From Sarea resinae (lineage: Eukaryota): a stretch of 64,000 nucleotides of DNA. The stretch spans positions 434,001-498,000 of the forward strand of contig JAPEUD010000012.1 in assembly GCA_026026165.1 (NCBI GenBank). The letters are read 5' to 3'. Within the stretch, counting starts at the first letter, position 1, and every line of letters begins with the position of its first letter. The notes under the pieces were generated by a model that ran no database searches, had not been told where the DNA came from, and was given only the letters and a program-made list of their open reading frames with translations. Made by a program: the position numbers and the translations under genes. Of the stretch, positions 38,884 through 50,443 are shown piece by piece.

Positions 38884-39390
38884 ATGTCGGGACAAGTGGA
38901 CTATCGCACAGTGAAGAATACAGGAATACTACATGAAGTTGCAGCGGGAGATTTTGATGTCTTGGCCTATGGCGAAGACGGTGCTACGTGTATTGGCACC
39001 CAGCACCTTGACGGATGCTCTGCAATAATGATCATTTCACAGCGCGGAGCATTGCTTGCCCTCATTCCACCATATATTTTCCGGGACCAGGAGAGAATGC
39101 TAGATGTTGCCAACCTCTATAACGCATGCTACCTCCAGTATTTCATGGGCCCCGTCAAGGCGTACGTCTTCAGCGCTATCCACGACGGTCTAGAAGCGGT
39201 AGCAGGTCAGGGGCCGATTATCGACTACACGTTGCGCCGGATAGGGCTGTTTCCCCATCACTGTGTCTACAGAACCGATTCTCAACCTTTTACAGGTAGA
39301 GGTACAGTCTTCGTCGACGGCCGTGGCGCAGTGCCCTTGGTCTACCTGGAAGCTGAGTTTATGGGCACAAATCTGTCTTCTATACCCTAA
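38884..39390 (+). CDS. Intronless 168-aa hypothetical protein with CNF1/CheD-like GTxxLxGC motif
   Basis: ATG in good context, globular composition, motif IGTQHLDGCSAIMIISQRGALLALIPP. Confidence 0.7.
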   Translation: MSGQVDYRTVKNTGILHEVAAGDFDVLAYGEDGATCIGTQHLDGCSAIMIISQRGALLALIPPYIFRDQERMLDVANLYNACYLQYFMGPVKAYVFSAIHDGLEAVAGQGPIIDYTLRRIGLFPHHCVYRTDSQPFTGRGTVFVDGRGAVPLVYLEAEFMGTNLSSIP

Positions 39391-40403
39391 GAATTCAGCA
39401 ACTACGAGAACGGCGAAAAGCTTGCTTCAACAGCAAGCCTTCCTTAAGATCACTTTCAAGCATCCCCAAGCATCCCCAGCTCACACCAAACCTCTGAGAG
39501 ATGTGATGCTTTTGTAAGACAATGGCCGTTCCTACGTACTGCGCTAATCCTATCATTTCTTTCCCGTGCCTGATTTCTTGACTATTGCTCCCCAGTCCTT
39601 GTCAAGTCACCAATAGGTCTAGCTTTCAGTATCTTAATGAATCGAATTGATGATCTGCTGTCACATCTGCTTTTGGCTTTAGTTAATTCATATTGTGGGT
39701 TTCACTTCGTTCCTACAAGGTGTAGGTCTAATATCAGGTCTGTATACTAGGGTAGGGAGAATGGCGAAGGCACTGCACGGTATTCACTGCCATACTGCCC
39801 ACTGCCCACTGCCCACTGCACATGGATCTATAAAGAAAGGCAAACTCTCGCCTCATGCGCTCGCTGCTTACAAGGGGGATTGAGTAATTGTGCCTGTCTG
39901 ATCTAGAAAACTCTAGAGTAGCTTGGAGAAGCCTTATGGCTTGCGGTACTTTGAAGGCGTCAAGTCTATCCTCCTTACCTCCATATCTCATCTAGGCAAC
40001 CAAAAGTAGACTTGAGGCAAGACAGTTTCTGGTGGAAGGGTATCGAGGGTAGACTTGCAGGTTGCGTATGGTTGCGCTGGTTGATAGGGCTGGCTGGCAT
40101 GGGGAAGCTGAGGCGGCCTTTGCCTTTTAGCGGCTTTAGCGGCCCGCTATGTCATGGAGATGTCCACGCGACGGGATCTTGAGCTTTTCGAGGGTGAACG
40201 CGCTATCCATCGCTACTCCAGCATCAAGCTGAGACAAGTCTGAGACGAGTATTTTTCTTCGTGATCACTCTTCATATTTTTGGGATCAACATTGTTGATG
40301 TCATTGGCGATCATTGGACATCGATGTCTGCTCTCCCTCACGGCAGCCGATACCCCACCAACTCACCCGTCCTCCATGCCCCGGATTTCTATTACTCTCA
40401 TCA

Positions 40404-42939
40404 ATGATGAGTACGAGCGAGTATGTTCCGAAGGTTTGCGATAGGTGCAGATGGTAAATCAACCTCTTTTCAATCCAAAGTTCGACCTGCACCCGCTGAC
40501 CGTGCCATTGGATACAGGAAGAAGATACGATGCGATGGGCGAGAAGGTGGAGTGCGTCTAAACTTCTTTTCACTCCGTTACTAAGAGCAGATCGCTCACA
40601 TTATATGCGTAATGTCAGTGCTCGAACTGCGCCACGGCTCGACTTGAGTGCAGGACTACAACGAGGCTTTCAAAGAAATCAAGCTCCAGAAGGTGAGCAG
40701 TCTATAGCGACCCAGCGATCTGATGCTCATTGCCAGCAGCTATACTGAGTCAATGGAGGCCCTTGTCCGAGACTTGGAGAAAGAGTTAGTCGATTCTCGT
40801 CACAAACAAGGAGAATTGGAGGAAGCTCTACGGAGGCAAAACGATGGGGCGGACCGGGTTATTAGCAGCAAGGCTGCAGGTTCAAGCGCCAAATTAATAA
40901 AACCGGGATCGCCGGCATCCAAGGGAAACCCTACGCGGACCGCGGCTGAGAGCAAGGACGGCCAGATTCACCGTGGACCAGTATCTCGCGAACTTGGCAG
41001 GATGGTCCGACCACACACCAATGTCGAAAACTTTGTTGGAAGCTCATCCGGTGTTTTCTTTCTCGATACTGCTTTTGCTTATTTCAAAGCTCATGTTGAC
41101 CCACAATGCAACCTGGACGCTCAAGTAGAGCAGTCGTTCTCATCTGTTTGGAGGAAATCACCAGCTCCTGATATACCGTTGACGCCATTGTCATCTACGA
41201 GCCAAGTCCTACCTCCCTACGACTCGGCTTTATCTTTCATCTCGGTATTCTTCGACCAGGCGACTCATATGTTTCCGGTGCTGCACAAACCAACTTTCTT
41301 GAAGAGCGTGCAGCAGATATATGAAATACCTCTCTCCACACATTTAACCAGCTTCCTGCCTCAATTGTACATGGTCCTAGCCGTAGGAGCACAATACCAA
41401 GCACTCAAAAGCGGCGATGAGGCTGCCTCAACGATGGTTGGCAGATTCTACCGAATTGCTAAAGACAGCCAATATCCCCGAGGCGCGCACGAGGATCTCA
41501 TGCTACTTCAAGATATGGTCCTGGAGCTCATCTTACTGGAAGCTTGGGATCGACCTAGCGAAGCAGCAAAGCTTTGCAGGGAAACCACGGCATTAGTCCT
41601 ACAGCTTGGCTTACACCGACATAGTCGTCGCTTTCGTTATGGCCCACTGGAAACGGAAATGCGAAAGCGGATATTTTGGTGTGTTTATATCATTGACGTG
41701 TAAGTTGCCTAACAATACTTCTACAGCGAAGCCTAATTTTCCAGATGCACGGCTCTTACCCTTGGTTTGCCCAAGTCTTTGCGTGATCCTGACATTGATG
41801 TTGATTACCCCTCGGACGTTGACGACGATTCACTCACGGAGACGAACTATCTGCCGGTCCTCCCTGGCGAGCCAACTAGAATATCCACTTTCATCTCTCT
41901 TTGCAAACTCTCGAGTATCATGTCGCAGACCGTTGAGATGCTGTATACAACAACCGATCGCAGAGGTGGACCCGCAAAGATTATTCATCTAACCAGGCTC
42001 CTTGACGCATGGGAGGCATCTTCTCTGCAGGAAGACACTTCTGCCGAAGACGCGCTGGGCTTTGAAAGCCAACATGGCGCAGTTTATCCCCCAGCTGAAC
42101 TCCACAAGAAGATTCTCCTCAACTACATCAGATGGATTGTCCACAGGCCCGCGCTATCTTTTGGGATCACAGAACCGCAGTATTCGGCGTCCCTGCACCA
42201 ATGTACACAGGCAGTCGTCAACTTGATCAGAGACATCCGAGCGGCCGTTCACTTGCTGAATAGGATTCCGATCAATACCATCATTAAGTGTCATACCGTC
42301 TGGCTTGCAGGGATCGCCGTTCTATTCCGACTGTGGCTGCATCATGGGAAGCAGTGCTGCAGAAGTGAGTACCACGATAGATTGCGTTTCGAAACCGAGG
42401 CCTCATGCAAGCAATGCATCGAGATCCTCCAGCATTTCTCAACATCCTTAGAGAAAGACACTTCCGCACATACCTCGAGTCTGAGCGGCCTGATGCAGTC
42501 ATCATTTGCCGCATTCGATTCAACGCGCCCACAAGGTCAATATGAATCATCGAATCGACAGCCAGGTACCACGAAGCCAATAATGGACGGAATCCCAGTC
42601 TGCACAGCCACGACCGAGACTACAAATACTTTGGCCGAACCTCCGCCGAACCCTGCAAGTCGTACGCCAATGACATCGAACGGCTTCGAAATTGAGCTTC
42701 TCCAGCCTGGCCTAATGGACTCGTTCAACATGTCTCCTTACCCCGAGCTGCCCTTCCTCACCCATGAATGGAACTTGCAAGCCGGAGACCCCTGGGGAGA
42801 TGACTGGGCTAGCCTAGGTCTGCCACTGGGACCTACGGCGGAAAGTCCGAATGCTCTTGATGGAGCTGTGACGGAGACTACCGCAGGCAAGAAGAGATCC
42901 GCTGCTGTTTTCGAGTCCGATTGGTCTGGAATTTCGTGA
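40404..42939 (+). CDS. Zn(II)2Cys6 fungal-specific transcription factor with Fungal_trans middle domain
   Basis: The spliced N-terminus gives CDRCRWKKIRCDGREGGCSNCATARLEC (introns 40454-40517, 40552-40618, 40693-40736/40739). Also FVGSSSG, FPVLHKPTF, LGLHR...EMRKRIFWCVYIID; last intron 41700-41744. Confidence 0.93.
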
Positions 42940-43345
42940 TATGCTTTTTGAGAATAAGTCTTTGACGTACAAGTTTATCCAGAACTGCTTGTATCATTCT
43001 CTGGAGTCGCCATCAACAGCCACTTCCTCTGTTGGGGTTCAGAGTGCTCTTCGCTGAAAGGTCTCCAAAGAATGGCATGCAGCTCTGACTTTAAAAAGCA
43101 GGCACTAAGGCATTCTCCGGAAGACCGATGTCCATAAATATTCTTCTTCGACGGTTACATGTATCCGTCTTGCAAGACTGCTCGATTCGCGTTTGTCCAA
43201 TGTCTTACACTCGGTTCGATTCCAATCAAGGAGGACACTCGTAATGAAGCAGCGGGTTCAAAATGACAGAGCAGACGCAAAGCAAGGAAGCAGAAAACCG
43301 CTATGGTGAAAAAGTGAGCCTGCTACAGGGGAAAAAAGTGAGCCT

Positions 43346-43701
43346 GCGTCTTTCCGGCGTCATGAGGCGTCCGAGAGATACTGTCAAAAGTTCGCTCTTT
43401 TGCCGAACGCCTCATCTTGGTAGAGCGTCCCCGTCCTGAAAGGGTCGAATCCATGAGGAAGGGACAAGCCGCCTTTGAAGAAAGGAAGAGTGGAGGGACG
43501 AATCTTACACCGACGGAGGAGTGAATGGAACTCACTCTCTCACGAGGAAGGCGCGAGCGTGCGCTCTACCAATTTTTTTTTTGAGACGTTCGACGAAAAA
43601 GCGAGTTTTGGGAGATTTTTCGTCGAACGTCTCAGATTTGAGAGAGCGCCAGCGGGTGGTGGAGCGAGCGCGCGCTCTACTATCTCTTGAGACGTTCGAC
43701 G
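43346..43701. repeat. Array of five alternating-orientation copies of GCGCTCTAC-N(4-12)-TGAGRCGTTCG forming two hairpins
   Basis: Perfect 19-bp inverted repeat 43582-43600 / 43616-43634. Related copies at 43346-43373 (+, degenerate), 43404-43427 (-) and 43664-43701 (+). Confidence 0.85.
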
Positions 43702-44106
43702 GATATTGTTGGAAACTCGGTTTTCCTGGGCGGGTCGTGGAAGCAAAGTACTATGTAAAGTACGATACCTAATATTGTGCGAACATATACCCCCTTTTCT
43801 ATCAGTACCATGTCCGTGCTGGGAAATAGCTCGCATTTACAGTATAGAGAGACAGCTGGTGCTAAAGATAATGTATAATCAAGTCTACTGCGCAGTACAT
43901 ATCTTTTGATGACCGTACCTACGGAGGTCTGATGCTAAAGAGCGATACTGGGAGATATATGGGGAAGGGCAAAATCAGTTTATGATCGCTCTCGTTCCAT
44001 GTCTTTTCTTTCATGCAGTCGCAATACTTCTATACCATCATCTCCTTCAAGGCCATGCAACCTAGCTGATTTATTGTCCCGCATACCAACCTCCGACAGC
44101 CCTTCC

Positions 44107-45630
44107 CTAGGCACGCCACCTCCACGCCCTCTTCTCAACAGCATCGAACCAGCGAACGCCCATCACGCACCCGGCGGCTCCAAATAACAACGCGGCATCG
44201 AAAAGCACCAGGCCTTTATACGGCGCCAATCCGCCTCCGCCGGTCTTTGGAGCGGCATCAGCATCGCCCAGGATCAAGCCGCCGACAGGGCTTCCGAACA
44301 CGGCGCCCATGCCCCGCACCGAGTAGATGAACCCGTTCACGGCCGCGTACGCCTGCAGTCCGAAGACCTCGGCCACCGTGGTGGGGAACAGGGCGTTGTA
44401 CCCGCCCGCGCAGACGCCGTAGAAGATCACGAAGAGCAGCCACAGTAGCTTCCCCGCCCCTGCGCCGAGAGCTACAACGCTGCCGAGCCAGAGCGCCACC
44501 ACGGCGACCGCGCTGCCGATGACGGTGAAGATGAGCGTGTTTTGGCGCCCGCACAGTCGGTCGGCTACGTAGCCCGTGAGGATCCGACTAGCGGCGTTGA
44601 TGCCGTTGTTGAGTGCCAGCAGGACAGCGCCGAAACTGGCCGTGTAGCCCAGAGAGACGCTATACTCTGAGAGAAAGGTCAGGGGGACGAGGTTGCCGCT
44701 GCCTTGGAGGAAGGCGGCCAGCACGGAGAGGAAGAAGGCGGGCTTTCTCGCGATGGAGATGTTGACGTGAGTGGGGCGGCGCGACGCTCGGGATGTGTTG
44801 AAGCGGGAGGGGGCCGCGGTGAGAGCGATGGGCATGGCGATGCCGAAGACGACCAGAGAGAGCACGCGCAGAGTCCAGCGGATGGAGACTCGGCCGATGA
44901 GAGCTCTGGTGGCGGGCGAGAGTACCAGGCCGCCTACGCCTGCGCCCGAGAGAACGAAGCCCATGGCGGAGCCCCGGTGGGCGTCAAAATACTCCGGGGC
45001 GACACTCAGGATCGGGAAATAGAGCATCGAAGACCCGATACCGTAGAGGAGACCTTGGGTCAATAAGAGGTGCCATATCTAGTATATCATCGATCACCCG
45101 GGGCAGGTGGCTGCATGTCAGTTTTCTGCTGCTTTGGGACGAAAAACCGTCTTGGCCTTGTAGGCTGATCGCACCTGAGTAGCTAGACTCGCGAGCCCAA
45201 GGCCTAGGCTCATGAATATCACGCCTAGGACAGTGATATATCTCGTATCCTTGACGCGTGCCATCAGGGGATTGACAGCGATGCTGCCACCCCATGTCAG
45301 CCCCGAGCCCAGAGAGCCGACAAATGCCACGAGAGCGCCATTCTCCCTCTGCGAAGGAGGCAGAATGCTGCGCTTATCGTCGGAGACATAGTAGCTTTGG
45401 AAAACACCATAAGATTGGTTGAGTCCGATGGTGATGCAGATAGTCAGGAAGCTTGTTGTGAGAACGGCGATTTGCCTTTTTCTGGTGATGGGGAGAAGCT
45501 GGTGGGCGACATTGTCAGTTGAAGTCGCCTCGGGCCCCTGTGCTTCGGCGTCTGGATCTCTGAAAGAGTCGTTGTCCGAAGGACCAACTCGATTGAGTTC
45601 CATATTGACACCTTCGAGATGTTGAGCCAT
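44107..45630 (-). CDS. MFS monocarboxylate transporter (MCT/Mch-like)
   Basis: 2 exons. GLNQSYGVFQSYY, LLTQGLLYGIGSSMLYFP, EYFDAHRGSAMG, SRILTGYVADRLCGRQN; multiple hydrophobic segments. Confidence 0.93.
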
Positions 45631-46295
45631 CTTGGCACTGTTCTTGAATCGAGCCTCCTGTCATTGTTTTGCGGCTTCGCGTTCATCCCCTTGACCGATA
45701 AGCGGATGACGGCTATCGCGGCGGGGGGCCTATGCGAATTGCGGGGATCAAGTACCGAACGGCAACCCTGAAGTTGTTCGTGAATAAGGTAGCTAGGTAG
45801 CCAACAATAGGACTTGACAATACATTTCCAATTTGAATTTCTTGAACATCTCATATACACAACATGAAATTGGAGATGATGATTCTGAATTTCTACGAAT
45901 CAGATTTTCAGTCTCCTCTGCGGGTACCGGTAGGTATACTGTCTTTGGAAGAAGAATATTGCAGCAACAATTGTTCATGTTCACATAGCGGGACACACGA
46001 CGCAAAGTACAAGATAACATCCGCGTAATTACGTAAAACCGCAAATCGGAAGCTTTCTTTACCCCCAGCAGGCAACTCAAGGCGAAATGCTGGTCGCTCT
46101 ATAGTAATTAGAGATCATTACGAGATAATTGCAATCTTGGACACCGATATAAAAATCCAACCAGGCTATTGTACGTCTATTGCGAATCTAAAACTATTGA
46201 TACAGGAGTATGTCAACTCTAGTCGCGCGATACGATGTGAAATCGCCAGACGAAGGAGTCGCCGATGCTGGAGTGGAGAGGATGGTAGTGAGAGC

Positions 46296-47078
<783 letters not shown>

Positions 47079-47347
47079 TGTGAGATGTGTAAAGGATGAT
47101 GGACAGCAAGAGCCTTAGAGTGGAGTGTTGAAGGATGGGATTGAAGAAGGATGGAAGACTGAATGAAGAGGGAGAGAGAGAGTTCGGGATGAGGTCGGCC
47201 GGATGAAGGAAGAGGAAAAAACTGGCTTAAGAGCGACGGCTGGATGACCACAGGAGAGGTACCGACCAAGCCACATCCACCATCCAGGATGGGACGGATG
47301 CGAGCAATCTTGAGAAGAGGTCAGCCACAGCGAAGGGACACGGTGCG

Positions 47348-47367
47348 CCAATGGGAGACGTCGGAAT
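47348..47367 (+). promoter_or_regulatory. Candidate CBC:HapX bipartite site (CCAAT-N12-AAT) upstream of cytochrome c
   Basis: CCAAT at 47348-47352, 12-nt spacer, AAT at 47365-47367. Fits the CSAAT-N12-RWT consensus described in Aspergillus, where cycA is a known target. Confidence 0.5.
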
Positions 47368-48111
47368 GGTCAGGGAGAGGCGGCCGGAAAGAGTGGCACG
47401 GAGCAGGCCGGGTGGCTCGGGAGCTAGCTGGCTGCGTGCAGCATCCAGCATGGCTGCGTACTGGGAAGCACGGGCGCCTACGTAGTACTAGGTACGTAGT
47501 ACTCCGTACTCCGGAGTAGTCCCCCAGGGCTGTCGGAGAAAGGAAGCGGCAACCTTCTGGGTTGTCCTCTGCCCTCTTCCGCCAGTCTAGCAGTCTACTA
47601 CGTAGAAGCGTGCCACTGCCGATGCATGACTAAGTCGATTCGAACAACTGGGGGTACGGGGTAGAGTCGTAGATACTAATGATGATGCGAACGAGCCCAG
47701 TGCACGCGAATCTGCGCGCGAAATCCGATCCATGTCCACCCGCGGGCCTGTACCGCCGCCTCCGAGCATTCCAATGTTGTCACCATCAGTACCTCGAAAG
47801 CCCACATCTCAACAATCAACGATGCATCAGCTGTACTTTGTACATAGTGCTCTATCCATGGGCACCTTACCTTGGTTGCAAATAGAAGACGTAGACATCT
47901 TTCCTGACATGCTTCTCAATAAGGATATGCACCACTCCTACATCATGTCCCCTTACCGTATATCGATTGCCCAGCCCTAGAGATGGTGCTGAAGGAGAGC
48001 ACTTCTAGCCACTAAGCCTAGTTTGGGACTCTTCCCACATGGTTGTTGCCCCTTCGACTTGACTTGTTTGGCTGGCCTTCTCTCCCTCTCCCATCTAATC
48101 AACACCCAAGG

Positions 48112-49217
48112 ATGCACACTTGGCTCATTGTCGGCGCCAGCCGAGGCATTGGCCTTGAATTTGTCAAGCAGTTGCTTGCACGAGGCGACCGCGTCATCGC
48201 CACCTTCCGCACACTATCACGAGCATCACCGCTTTGGGCGCTGGCGGGATCAGGGGCCGGGACCGCGCCATATGGCGCATGTCGGATCTTCGAGTGTGAT
48301 GTGTCAGCGGAAGAGAGCATCGATGTGAGGAGCACGTCAACTAGATTGAACGCTCTGCACTATGGTCATTCGAAGGCTGATCCCTTGGACAGGCATTCGT
48401 GCGTGATGTGGCTGCCATTCCCCAGCTGAAGATTGACTTTGTTGTCTTGAATGCTGGAATCCTGAAATACCCAAATGTGCTCTTCAATTGTTCCCTTTTC
48501 TGAATAAACTTTCTAACTTCATCAGAGAGCGACTGATGTGTAAGTCGTGTTTGTCCAGCCATCACAAACACTAAAGCCGGGCCCGTAGTTCGTTCGATAA
48601 TTTCGCTGAGCATCTGCGGACCAACACCATCGGGCCTATCATCACAGCGCAGAAGCTATTGAAGACGCGCATTGCAATTGGCACTCTCATGTTCATGTCT
48701 AGTGACTCTGGTTCCACGGCCGAATTCCGAGCATTTGAGGATGGGTCTGCTATCACTGTTCTCCTGAGCGACCCACAGCTAATCGATGCAATTCACGTAG
48801 ATTCGCTGCATATGCGGCTTCCAAAGCAGCCTTGAATCAGATGCTGAGGGTATCTGAGCCTTCCTCTATATAGATTGCCCTATCTGATAATCATAGCACA
48901 TGGCGGCAGAATTGCAAAGAGAAGGTAGGGATACTATCGTTCTTGCAATGCATCCAGGAGAGGTAGCCACGTAAGCATATTTATGTCGATATCGTTTCGC
49001 AGCTCACAGGACATGCTCTCAGGGACATGGCCAATGTGTCTCTGGACTGGGAGGTTGAGGGAATAATCACCCCTGAAGAGTCTGTGGCAGCCATGCTCAA
49101 AGTGGTCACAACGAAGACTACAGCACAGACAGGAACGTTCTGGACTTGGGAGGGCAAGGTATGTATTCGATGACTATCGTGCCGTTTGCTAATGACATCT
49201 AGGAGTATCCGTGGTAA
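48112..49217 (+). CDS. Short-chain dehydrogenase/reductase (CsgA/C-factor-like classical SDR)
   Basis: 8 exons. GASRGIG, LNAG, MSS, catalytic YAASK, MHPGEVATDM, GTFWTWEGKEYPW*. Includes a 14-nt micro-exon at 48526-48539. Confidence 0.93.
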
Positions 49218-50443
49218 TTTTCCCCTGGATGTGGCATACCAATTTTCCAGGAGAGATACTTTAAGAGACGCATGCATCCGAAAAGATTTTTGCATATCAT
49301 AATCTATAGCTTGCCAATTTGTCCGCAGTCTTCAGGGGTCCCGTTTTATCCAAAAAGCCATCAAGGCAGAGTAGACGCGGAGATCAAGGACAAACTAATC
49401 TATGATACCATTTCTTCCGACTGGAAAACAGTATATGATCATGGCCCTGAATGCCAAGAACTTTCCTTTTGGGCTTTTCTCAAATCCTCAGAAGGCTGGT
49501 GCATCAAGTTGATCCTGATTTCTTCGCGTAGAGCCGCCTCCGGTCCATAATACCACCCCTTACGGCGCAGAAGTCTCTTTCCTTTCCAGCAAACTGTGAG
49601 GGGGGCACTGACAGAAGCACACGTGCTGCCTTTCTCACTGAGTCCGGTCAGATGCTCTAATCGCAAAATGCCTGGGTTTATCCCAAAGCTGAGGCTAGCA
49701 TATTGCTTTCCAAAGTGTTTCAATGCCAGTACAGTATGGGTATGCAGGTTCTGCCGGTTACACACGGAAAACAGGACGAATCACTGTGTTACTTACGCCT
49801 CGTAATTCCTCCTCAAATGCTGTAGCTCTACCTTTCGCCTCATCGTCTAGAGCTTGATGCTATCGTAATGAAGAGCGGGTATTAAGACGTAATGAGGAGT
49901 CTTTTCCAAAGTTAAACGCCCTGGCAAGCCGCTGGATTGCCTGGTTGGCGCATGCGTACATAATCCTGGAAGATAAAGGTGGCAGCCGAGCCATAACCCT
50001 CGGCTTGTAGGACCGTTACAGATGATCAGGACACCGTCGAAAAAGTGACGAGAAACAACAGAATCAATCAGCGCTTTTAGGACCCGGAGAACGAATGGTA
50101 AGATCTCCCAATGTTTGCACTTTACTTTATATAGGAGCTAAGGTACTAAGACTACTCCGGAGTAGTTATTGTCCGCTAGAGAGGTAACGTAGGAGATCGA
50201 CTATGCCTATGATCTAGATAAGATAAGGCAGAACATCAATCCATACAGCAATCCACAAGTACCAAAGCCGCCATAATTATCAACTCCAATTCAATATTTC
50301 GAATCCGCGAAAACACGAACCCGACCCGGATATTCATTCGCACTCAAGATTTCCCACACCCGCAATTTTTACGCCATAACCAGACCCTTGAAAGGGAAAT
50401 AAGGGTCAGATTTCCCTCCTGCCACCAGGGGACAAAGGCTCTA

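Noticed and set aside
43160..43240. tRNA gene around GGTTCGATTCC
   Set aside because: The T-stem does not extend beyond 2 bp and no acceptor or anticodon arms can be formed; kept only as an isolated B-box.
43346..43701. CRISPR-like array
   Set aside because: Repeats alternate in orientation, are irregularly spaced and degenerate; eukaryotic context with no cas genes.
49300..50100. 108-aa minus-strand ORF and neighbours
   Set aside because: No motif, non-ATG start and no convincing exon structure.
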